Assembly: GCA_044892525.1 (NCBI GenBank)
Contig: CM097885.1
Coordinates: 51,958,001-52,022,000 of the forward strand
Source: Schmidtea polychroa
Taxonomy: Eukaryota
Length of the DNA stretch: 64,000 nucleotides
Direction of reading: 5' to 3'
Below are positions 14,490 through 25,500 of this stretch, one piece after another. Both the position numbers and the translations under genes were made by a program. How positions within the stretch are numbered: the first letter of the stretch is position 1; every line of letters begins with the position of its first letter. Below the pieces are notes generated by a model, which was not told the DNA's origin, did not search any database, and worked only from the letters and a program-made list of their open reading frames with translations.

Positions 14490-14612
14490 GAGCAATAAAA
14501 AAGTAACAACGCATTAAACTGTATGAAAATAATTATATATATATATATATAATATATATATATATATAATTATTTTCATACAGTTTAATGCGTTGTTACT
14601 TTTTTATTGCTC
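14490..14612. repeat. 123-bp near-perfect hairpin centred on (TA)n
   Basis: GAGCAATAAAAAAGTAACAACGCATTAAACTGTATGAAAATAATT...(TA)n...AATTATTTTCATACAGTTTAATGCGTTGTTACTTTTTTATTGCTC. Confidence 0.95.
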
Positions 14613-14764
14613 CAATGACTTTTGAGTAGAAAGATAGTAGCCCACGGGAACAATTACCCCCCCCCCCCGGGGGGGGGAGGGGTTTGTTCCCAAATTTTTA
14701 TTACGCAATTGTTCCCAACTCATTTTTTTGCTTTCAGGGATTTTTGGTCCAAATTTTTTTTTAT

Positions 14765-15795
14765 CACACTATAGTGAGGGGGTCTCGATGGTCCTGGGAT
14801 TTTCAATACAAAAAAAATTTTCTATACAAAAACGATGGTCCTGGGATTTTCAATACAAAAAAAAAATTTCAATACAAAAATCCGACTACCACTAAAAAAG
14901 CATGGATTATTCAGACTATAGTGAGGGGGTCTCGATGGTCCTGGGATTTACAATACAAAAAATTTTTTTCTATACAAAAATCCTACTATCAATAAAAAAG
15001 CCAAGGATTTATCACGCTATAGTGAGGTGAGTCTCCTTGGTCCTGAGAAATAGGTGGTCTACACTAAAAAGCATGGTAATTTAAGGTCTCAGGATATTTT
15101 CAATACAAATAGGTGGTCTACACTAAAAAAGCCAAGGATTTTTCAGACTATAGTGAGGGGGTCTCGATGGTCCTAGGATTTTCAATACAAATAAAATTTT
15201 TTCAATACAAAAACGATGGTCCTGGGATTTTCAATACAAAAAATTTTTTTCTATACAAAAATCCGACTATCAATAAAAAAGCATGGAATTTTCAGACTAT
15301 AGTGAGGGGGTCTCGATGGTCCTGGGATTTTCAATACAAAAATCCGACTACCACTAAAAAAGCATGGAATTTTCTAGGTCAATTCAGGTGGGTCTCCTTG
15401 GTCCTGGGATTTTCAATACAAAAAAAAATTTTTAATACAAAAATCCGACTATCACTAAAAAAGCATGGATTTTTCTAGGTCAATTAAGGTGGGTCTCCTT
15501 GGTCCTGAGAATTTCAATAGAAAAATCCGACTATCAATAAAAAAGCATGGTAATTTAAGGTCTCATGATATTTTCAATACAAAAAGGCGGTCTTCAATAA
15601 AGAAGCATGGTAATTTAAAGTCTCGGGATATTTTCAATACAAAAAGCTGGTCTACACTAAAAAGCATGGTAATTTAAGGTCTCAGGATATTTTCAATACA
15701 AAAAGCTGGTCTACACTAAAAAAGCCAAGGATTTTTCAGACTATAGTGAGGTGAGTCTCCTTGGTCCTGAGAAATAGGTGGTCTACACTAAAAAA
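14765..15795 (+). repeat. Subterminal modular repeat array (mirrored at ~28760-29790)
   Basis: Recurring modules CTATAGTGAGGGGGTCTCGATGGTCCTGGGATTTTCAATACAAAAA, AATCCGACTA and AAAAAGCATGG. Confidence 0.9.
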
Positions 15796-15804
15796 CGTTG
15801 TAAA

Positions 15805-16275
15805 TTTTTCAATTAAAGTAAATAATGGTTCTAAAAAATTAAATTATAGTAAATTATGGCTACATTTTTAAATTACAGTAAATTATGGTCCTAAAAATTA
15901 AATTACAGTAAATTATGGCTCAAATTTTTAAATTACAGTAAATTATGGTCCTAAAAAATAAATTACAGTAAATTATGGCTCAAATTTTTCAATTACAGTA
16001 AATAATGGTCCTAAAAAATTAAATTACAGTAAATTATGGTCTAAATTTTTAAATTAAAGTAAATTATGGTCCTAAAAATTAAATTAAAGTAAATTATGGT
16101 TCTAAATTTTAAATTAAAGTAAATTAAGGTTCTAAAAAATTAAAATAAAGTAAATTAAGGTCCAAATTTTAAATTAAGTAATCAATGGTAAAAAAATTTT
16201 AAATAAGTAAATTAAAGTAATAATTTTTAAATTAAGTAATCAATGGTAAAAAATTTTAAATAAGTAAATTAAAGT
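15805..16275 (+). repeat. ~30-bp minisatellite (mirrored at ~28150-28750)
   Basis: Unit approximately AAATTACAGTAAATTATGGTCCTAAAAATT, with about 12 copies plus degenerate ones. Confidence 0.9.
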
Positions 16276-16529
16276 AAGATTTTAAAATTTAATTACAAAA
16301 AGTTGAAGGTGTTTGAGAATTGAAATTTTTTAATGAAAATTTTCAATGGTAATTTTTAATGAAAATTTTTATGGAATATTTTTTTTAAGTAATTTTTAAT
16401 AGAAAATTTTATGAAATATTTTTCAATGGTAATTTTTAATGGAAATTTTTATGAAATATTTTTCAATGATAATTTTTAATGGAAATTTTTAAGAAATATT
16501 TTTCAAAGACAAATTTTAATAATAATTCA

Positions 16530-18120
16530 ACAACAAATCAACAACTTAGTACCAACAACCAGTAACTTACGAACATGTATTACCAACCAGATACCTACAA
16601 CCAGTTACCTGATACCAAGTACCAACAACCAAAAACAATCAACCAACTAGGTACCAAGTACTAACAACTAACTACCACCTACCAAGTACCTACAACCAAC
16701 TACTAAGTACTAACAACCAAAAACAACCAACTAGGTACTAGATACCAAGTACTTACAACAAACATCAACCAAGTACTTACTACCAACTACCAAGGACTTA
16801 CAACTAGTTACTAACAACTAGTTACCTGCTACCAAGTACTTACAATTAGTTACTAACAACCAGTTACCTGATACCAAGTACCTACAACCAACTACTAAGT
16901 ACTAACAACAAAAAACAACGAAGTACCTACAACAAATTACCAGATACCAAGTGCCTACAACTAGTTACTAACAACTAGTTACCTGATACTAAGTACCTAC
17001 AACCACCTAACAAGTACTAACAACCAAAAACAAGCAACCAAACAGGTATCAGATACCACCTACTAAGTACCAACAACCAACTAGTTACCAGATACCTACA
17101 ACTAGATACTAACAACTAGGTCTCAAACAACTAAATACTAACAACCAGGTACTAAGCATTAATTACCAACTACTAAGTACCTACAACCTACAACTAGATA
17201 CTAACAACCAGTTACCTGATACCAAGTACTAACAACCGTCAACAACCAGGTACTAAGCCTTATCAACCTACAACTAGTTACTAACAACCAGTTACCAACT
17301 ACTAAGCATTAATTACCTACAACTAGTTACTAACAACTAGATACCAAGTACATACAACCAGACACTAAGCATTATCAACCAAGTACTAACAACTAAATAC
17401 TAAACACTAACAACCGACAATAACCAGGTACTAAGCATCATCAACCAACTACTAAGTACCTACAACTAGATACTAACAACCAGTTACCCATTAACTAGCT
17501 ACAACCAGCACTCAACTAGCTACCAACTACTAAGTACCTACAACCAACTAGCTACCACCTACCAAGTACTAACAACCAGTTACCAACTACTAAGCATTAA
17601 TTACCTACAACTAGTTACTAACAACATGATACCAAGTACATACAACCAGACACTAAGCATTATCAACCAAGTACTAACAACTAAATACTAAACACTAACA
17701 ACCGACAATAACCAGGTACTAAGCATCATCAACCAACTACTAAGTACCTACAACTAGTTACTAACAACTAGATACCAAGTACATACAACCAGACACTAAG
17801 CATTATCAACCAAGTACTAACAACTAAATACTAAACACTAACCGACAATAACCAGGTACTAAGCATCATCAACCAACTACTAAGTACCTACAACTAGTTA
17901 CTAACAACTAGATACCAAGTACATACAACCAACTAGCTACCAAGTACCAAGTACTAACAACCAGTTACCAACTACTAAGCATTAATTACCTACAACTAGT
18001 TACTAACAACTAGATACCAAGTACATACAACCAACATCAACCAGGTACTAGATACCAAGTACTAACAACCAAGTAACTTACCTAGTAATAAGCACTGTCA
18101 ACTAGATACCAAACACTTAC
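16530..18120 (+). repeat. G-poor, strand-asymmetric mosaic repeat (mirrored at ~26350-27940)
   Basis: Shuffled words TACTAACAAC, CCAAGTAC, CTACAAC, ACTAGTT and ACTAAGCATT, with higher-order duplications at 17300-18020. Confidence 0.9.
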
Positions 18121-18615
18121 AAGCAGATGACCACATGAAAAAACTAGATACCAATTTAAATGGAAATTTAAATGGAATAATAATAATAATAATAATAATA
18201 ATTCAACAGTTACCAACAATCGGTTACTGATTATTTTTTAACTAGGTGCTAACAAATACTTACAACATGATACCACGTACTAACTAACTCTCAAACAACC
18301 AGATACTTACAACTAGCTACTAAATATTCTTCACTGTATTTTATGAAATGCTTTTTAAATTAATTTTTTATCTATCTTCAAAAATATATTTAATTACAAT
18401 CATTAGAAAAACCTTTTCAAATTTAACAAAAATGATGATTTTCATCAAAAAACCACAACTCATCACCACGTGGAATTCAAAATAATTACAATGAAAGACT
18501 AATGAATTCTAATTTACAAAACATTCTTCTTTTAAATGATAACTACTGACTTATTATTGCAAAGTAAAAATCGCATTCAATAAATACTTATTGTTGATCA
18601 GTTTTATTATATATA

Positions 18616-21600
18616 CTCTGAGTTTATCCGACAGGATGTTTTGACCCCCCGAAGGGTACAGGTCGTAAGGGTACTGGTCGTAAGGGTATTAGTCGTAAGG
18701 GTACTAGTCGTAGGGGTATTGGTAACACTCAACCCCCATCTACCCATTAACCACCTAACAAGTACCAACAACCAAGTCTCAAACAACTAAATACTAAACA
18801 CTAACAACCAACAACAACCAGGTACTAAGCATTATCAACCTACAACTATATAACAACAATCAGTAAACAACACTGTACCAACTACCAAATACAAGAAACC
18901 AACAACTTAGTACCAACAATCAACTAACAACACATAAAAATAATAGCAATTAAATAAAAAAAATTATTCTTCATCGCATACACTATTTTCTTATCAAAAT
19001 CTAAAAAGTCAACCAACTACTTACAACCAACAACTATGTACTAACAAATTGATCTTTAAAAGCAAATACTCATCACTTGAAAAATTAGATGGAAAATTAT
19101 TTGAACTCAAGGCATCAATAACTAGGTAAAATTTGATTAAATTATTGTAAAAATTTAAATTATTCAAAATAAATATCATAAAAATTTAATTAATGGACAG
19201 GAAAAAATTCTAATCATTAATCATCCAGTAAATAAAAAAAATACTGATCATTCAAGTTGAATCAACTAAGATAATAAATTAATAAAAGTTTTGAAATAAG
19301 ATCTAGATTTAGATTGAATAAAATTAATTTTAATTATTTTTGTAAAAGTAATACATGTACTCAAATTGATTGACTGATTTCTCAATATATTCAAAAAATC
19401 AGTATAAATTCATTACAATTATCAAAGTCAGCAATCTACAATAAAAATAATTATCATTAAATTCCAAAAGAGACTAGATAACTAATGATAACATCTAACA
19501 AACCAGTAAATTCATTTAAATGGCAATAATTGGTATATCCAAGTGAATTCTCTAATAAAATCATCTAAAAAGCATCATTTTCCCTAAATATATCAATATT
19601 TAAAGATTGGTATTGTAATGATAAATACTTGTTAAAGATCATATATTCTCATCAAACTAATAAGATTCCTTAAAATCCCTTAAATGACTATATTTCTACC
19701 CTTAATTCATATTATTACAAATAATTCATTAAAATCATCTAAAAAGCATCATTTCCCCTAAATATATCAATATTTAAAGATTGATATTTTAATGATAAGT
19801 ACCCGTAAAGGATCATATATTCCCCTCAGACTAATAAGATTGCTTAAAGTCCCATTTAAATGACTATAATTCTAACTTTAATTCCTATTATCACGAATAT
19901 TTCCCTATAAAACATGTAAAATCATTAACCCTAAATAATTTATAAAATCTAATGATAAAAGTGGTTATAATTAAATTTTTGTTAATCACTGTACTCGATA
20001 TTTTAAATAAATATTACTACAATATAACTGACTAGGTCCCATTGAAAGATTAAATTTATCCATTCAATAAAATATATTTCTTCAAATGATCATTTTTACC
20101 AATATTCAACCGATTTAATTACTAATTAAAATCAAGATTTCTTCCAATAAAGATCAATTTTATTTAGTCAATGTTTTAAGTCCATATTTCTCAACTTTTG
20201 TCGTTGTCCGTCTAAATAAAGATAAAAATAATTTAAAGTTGATATCAATCCCAAATATCTGTAAAGTTTTCATCGTCAAAACCAAGTAAATCGATCATTA
20301 TCCTTACTTAATAATCCATAAATCTAAATTAATATACAATGAATTAATCACAACCTAATAAAACGATATAATTATTATTGATACATAACTGACTAATTGA
20401 CATTTCCCTTAAAACAATGATATTTTACCAAAATCACCATTAAAAAAATCATATATTCCCATCTTAACCGATGTCTCATTAAATTTAACCGACTATATTC
20501 CCATCTTAACCCATCCTTCATTCAATTCAATCGACTATATCTCCCTTACAATGATATATTCCTACCTTATCCGATCTCTCATTAAATTCAATCGACTATA
20601 TCTCCCTTGCAATGATATATTCCCATCTTAACCGATTTCTTATTAAAGTCAATCGACTATATCTCCCTTACAATGATCTATTTCCATCTTAACCCATCCC
20701 TCATTAAATTTAATAACCGACAATATCCCATCTTATCCGATCTCTCAGCAAATATTTCTACCCTTTTAAACATCTATCCGATTATATCCCTTATTTTCCC
20801 TAAAGATTTCACCCACTTGAGCCCTTTAATATATATCAATCCTCTTAAAATCCTCAGAGAACTTCAAAAATCTGACTTTTAATTAATTGTTATAGAACCA
20901 GACAAATAATAAGAGCCCATTAAAAGATCAAAATTCACTAAATTTTCTACAAATATTTACCATCAAATACTGGAGATGATATATATTGATTGATCATAAT
21001 TCTTCAGCTATTCAACCAATCATTTTCAAGCAATAACAGCAAACTAAATTTCTGTATATCCTACAATAATTATCAAGTAAATTTAAAGTCATTGATAAAG
21101 TTGGTTTCTTAGCTTATGTTTTTTAAAGTGCATCAATGTGTAAATATTCTTAGAAAATTATTGAAAAATTATTTAGTCAAATACATTACAAAGTTATCAT
21201 CAAAATCACTTAATTATTAACCTAATTGTCAATGAAATTAATTTTTATTTAAAAACTATTCAATAAAATACAACTAATTATCAAGAAATTAATTAAATTT
21301 ATCAATTAAATTTATCAGTCAACATGAAATTCTTAGAAAATTATTCAATATCTTCATAAAAATTTATCATATCACTTCATTATTGTAAAATCTCTAATTA
21401 TTAACCTCATTGAAAATAATTTTTATTTAAAATTAAAAAAAACAAGTCAATAAAAATACATCCAATTATCAAGAAATTAATTAAATTTATCTTAGAATTA
21501 GCATTAAATTATTAAATATTCATTCAATAAACATCAAATTTGCAAAAATGTTAGAAATCCACAAAAATAATAGAAATTTACAAAAATGATAAAAATTCAT

Positions 21601-21882
21601 TAAAATGATAGATATCCACAAAAATTACTGATATTCACAAAAAATTATGGAAATTCACAAGAATAATAGAAATTCATAAAAATGATAGAAATTTACTTGA
21701 ATAAAACCATCAACTCTAAAAATTATCAATGAATGCCTTATACAAATTTGCCTAAATAATCATTCAAATAAAAGCATTAAATACCTTTACGACTAATACC
21801 CTTGCGACATGTTGAATGTGAGTAGTACCCTTGTGAGCAATACCCATAGGGGGACAGAATATTTTGTCGGATAAACTCAGAG
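18616..21882. mobile_element. Nested 3.27-kb TIR-bounded module in the left arm
   Basis: TATATA|CTCTGAGTTTATCCGACA...TGTCGGATAAACTCAGAG|TATATA. The TIR extends imperfectly to ~35 bp, with 15-bp subterminal repeats AGGGTAYTRGTCGTA at both ends. Confidence 0.75.
20430..20760 (+). repeat. ~60-bp tandem repeat inside the nested module (mirrored at ~23715-24045)
   Basis: Unit approximately ATCGACTATATCTCCCTTACAATGATATATTCCCATCTTAACCGATCTCTCATTAAATTCA, 4-5 copies. Confidence 0.85.
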
Positions 21883-22559
21883 TATATATTAATTAACTCA
21901 TTCTTCATTGAATTAGTCAAATTATTTAGTGTAAATCAAAACATTTAAATTATTAAGGTATTAAAGTACCTATTCAAAAATTAAAAAAAAGACCTTATCA
22001 ATAATTTTCAATAAAATACTATTCACAGCTTGTTATGTAATAAACTAGTCACGGCTTGTTATGCAATAAACTAGTCGGGGCCTGTTACGTAATAAAATAG
22101 TTTAAATTATATATCCTTCTCACTTATATTCACTATTATTCTCCACTATTTAATCCCTATATTACCCCTGATTTTCCATTAATTATTCGCCTATAACCCC
22201 CACCCCGATTTTCTACTTATATTCCGCCGATTTTGATTACTTATTCACTTAAAACATCACCACAAATATTTGTTTTAAAAGTTTTTTTTTATTAAAGTGT
22301 TAATTTTTAGAAAATAGTTGCAATACATCCATTCTTATCAACCTTCATCTTATCTATACTACTTCTCATTATCTACCTCCATTAATGAATTATTCTACCA
22401 ATTATTTTCACCCATTTGAATTTATCATCGAGTAATTTCCTCACTTTAATGAAGATTCTTACCACCTTCATTGTTAATTTTATCAAAGTTTAAAGAATAT
22501 TTCTCTTTACATTGCTTACCACTTTAGAATTTTTATCGAAATTTATGATAATTTTACTG

Positions 22560-25500
22560 ATTCAATGAAGAATGAGTTAATTAATATATACTCTGAGTTT
22601 ATCCGACAAAATATTCTGTCCCCCTATGGGTATTGCTCACAAGGGTACTACTCACATTCAACATGTCGCAAGGGTATTAGTCGTAAAGGTATTTAATGCT
22701 TTTATTTGAATGATTATTTAGGCAAATTTGTATAAGGCATTCATTGATAATTTTTAGAGTTGATGGTTTTATTCAAGTAAATTTCTATCATTTTTATGAA
22801 TTTCTATTATTCTTGTGAATTTCCATAATTTTTTGTGAATATCAGTAATTTTTGTGGATATCTATCATTTTAATGAATTTTTATCATTTTTGTAAATTTC
22901 TATTATTTTTGTGGATTTCTAACATTTTTGCAAATTTGATGTTTATTGAATGAATATTTAATAATTTAATGCTAATTCTAAGATAAATTTAATTAATTTC
23001 TTGATAATTGGATGTATTTTTATTGACTTGTTTTTTTTAATTTTAAATAAAAATTATTTTCAATGAGGTTAATAATTAGAGATTTTACAATAATGAAGTG
23101 ATATGATAAATTTTTATGAAGATATTGAATAATTTTCTAAGAATTTCATGTTGACTGATAAATTTAATTGATAAATTTAATTAATTTCTTGATAATTAGT
23201 TGTATTTTATTGAATAGTTTTTAAATAAAAATTAATTTCATTGACAATTAGGTTAATAATTAAGTGATTTTTGATGATAACTTTGTAATGTATTTGACTA
23301 AATAATTTTTCAATAATTTTCTAAGAATATTTACACATTGATGCACTTTAAAAAACATAAGCTAAGAAACCAACTTTATCAATGACTTTAAATTTACTTG
23401 ATAATTATTGTAGGATATACAGAAATTTAGTTTGCTGTTATTGCTTGAAAATGATTGGTTGAATAGCTGAAGAATTATGATCAATCAATATATATCATCT
23501 CCAGTATTTGATGGTAAATATTTGTAGAAAATTTAGTGAATTTTGATCTTTTAATGGGCTCTTATTATTTGTCTGGTTCTATAACAATTAATTAAAAGTC
23601 AGATTTTTGAAGTTCTCTGAGGATTTTAAGAGGATTGATATATATTAAAGGGCTCAAGTGGGTGAAATCTTTAGGGAAAATAAGGGATATAATCGGATAG
23701 ATGTTTAAAAGGGTAGAAATATTTGCTGAGAGATCGGATAAGATGGGATATTGTCGGTTATTAAATTTAATGAGGGATGGGTTAAGATGGAAATAGATCA
23801 TTGTAAGGGAGATATAGTCGATTGACTTTAATAAGAAATCGGTTAAGATGGGAATATATCATTGCAAGGGAGATATAGTCGATTGAATTTAATGAGAGAT
23901 CGGATAAGGTAGGAATATATCATTGTAAGGGAGATATAGTCGATTGAATTGAATGAAGGATGGGTTAAGATGGGAATATAGTCGGTTAAATTTAATGAGA
24001 CATCGGTTAAGATGGGAATATATGATTTTTTAATGGTGATTTTGGTAAAATATCATTGTTTTAAGGGAAATGTCAATTAGTCAGTTATGTATCAATAATA
24101 ATTATATCGTTTTATTAGGTTGTGATTAATTCATTGTATATTAATTTAGATTTATGGATTATTAAGTAAGGATAATGATCGATTTACTTGGTTTTGACGA
24201 TGAAAACTTTACAGATATTTGGGATTGATATCAACTTTAAATTATTTTTATCTTTATTTAGACGGACAACGACAAAAGTTGAGAAATATGGACTTAAAAC
24301 ATTGACTAAATAAAATTGATCTTTATTGGAAGAAATCTTGATTTTAATTAGTAATTAAATCGGTTGAATATTGGTAAAAATGATCATTTGAAGAAATATA
24401 TTTTATTGAATGGATAAATTTAATCTTTCAATGGGACCTAGTCAGTTATATTGTAGTAATATTTATTTAAAATATCGAGTACAGTGATTAACAAAAATTT
24501 AATTATAACCACTTTTATCATTAGATTTTATAAATTATTTAGGGTTAATGATTTTACATGTTTTATAGGGAAATATTCGTGATAATAGGAATTAAAGTTA
24601 GAATTATAGTCATTTAAATGGGACTTTAAGCAATCTTATTAGTCTGAGGGGAATATATGATCCTTTACGGGTACTTATCATTAAAATATCAATCTTTAAA
24701 TATTGATATATTTAGGGGAAATGATGCTTTTTAGATGATTTTAATGAATTATTTGTAATAATATGAATTAAGGGTAGAAATATAGTCATTTAAGGGATTT
24801 TAAGGAATCTTATTAGTTTGATGAGAATATATGATCTTTAACAAGTATTTATCATTACAATACCAATCTTTAAATATTGATATATTTAGGGAAAATGATG
24901 CTTTTTAGATGATTTTATTAGAGAATTCACTTGGATATACCAATTATTGCCATTTAAATGAATTTACTGGTTTGTTAGATGTTATCATTAGTTATCTAGT
25001 CTCTTTTGGAATTTAATGATAATTATTTTTATTGTAGATTGCTGACTTTGATAATTGTAATGAATTTATACTGATTTTTTGAATATATTGAGAAATCAGT
25101 CAATCAATTTGAGTACATGTATTACTTTTACAAAAATAATTAAAATTAATTTTATTCAATCTAAATCTAGATCTTATTTCAAAACTTTTATTAATTTATT
25201 ATCTTAGTTGATTCAACTTGAATGATCAGTATTTTTTTTATTTACTGGATGATTAATGATTAGAATTTTTTCCTGTCCATTAATTAAATTTTTATGATAT
25301 TTATTTTGAATAATTTAAATTTTTACAATAATTTAATCAAATTTTACCTAGTTATTGATGCCTTGAGTTCAAATAATTTTCCATCTAATTTTTCAAGTGA
25401 TGAGTATTTGCTTTTAAAGATCAATTTGTTAGTACATAGTTGTTGGTTGTAAGTAGTTGGTTGACTTTTTAGATTTTGATAAGAAAATAGTGTATGCGAT

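Larger units (their letters stand above)
14625..21913 (+). repeat. Left arm of the giant inverted repeat (~7.3 kb)
   Basis: Reverse complement of 22560-29888. Identity ends at ...CATTCTTCATTGAAT (21913). Confidence 0.95.

Noticed and set aside
14768..14780. CTATAGTGAG resembles the reverse complement of the T7 promoter end; GGTCTC is a BsaI site
   Set aside because: Only 10 bp match and TAATACGA is absent. The motifs sit in a naturally diverged array, so this is not vector sequence.
14684..15677. ORFs of 70-121 aa in the subterminal array, and their mirrors at 28877-29810
   Set aside because: They are translations of tandem repeats, with the same peptides recurring in different frames and no domain similarity.
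14765..18720. CRISPR-like appearance of the repeat arrays
   Set aside because: There are no unique spacers of constant length and no cas genes, and the context is eukaryotic.
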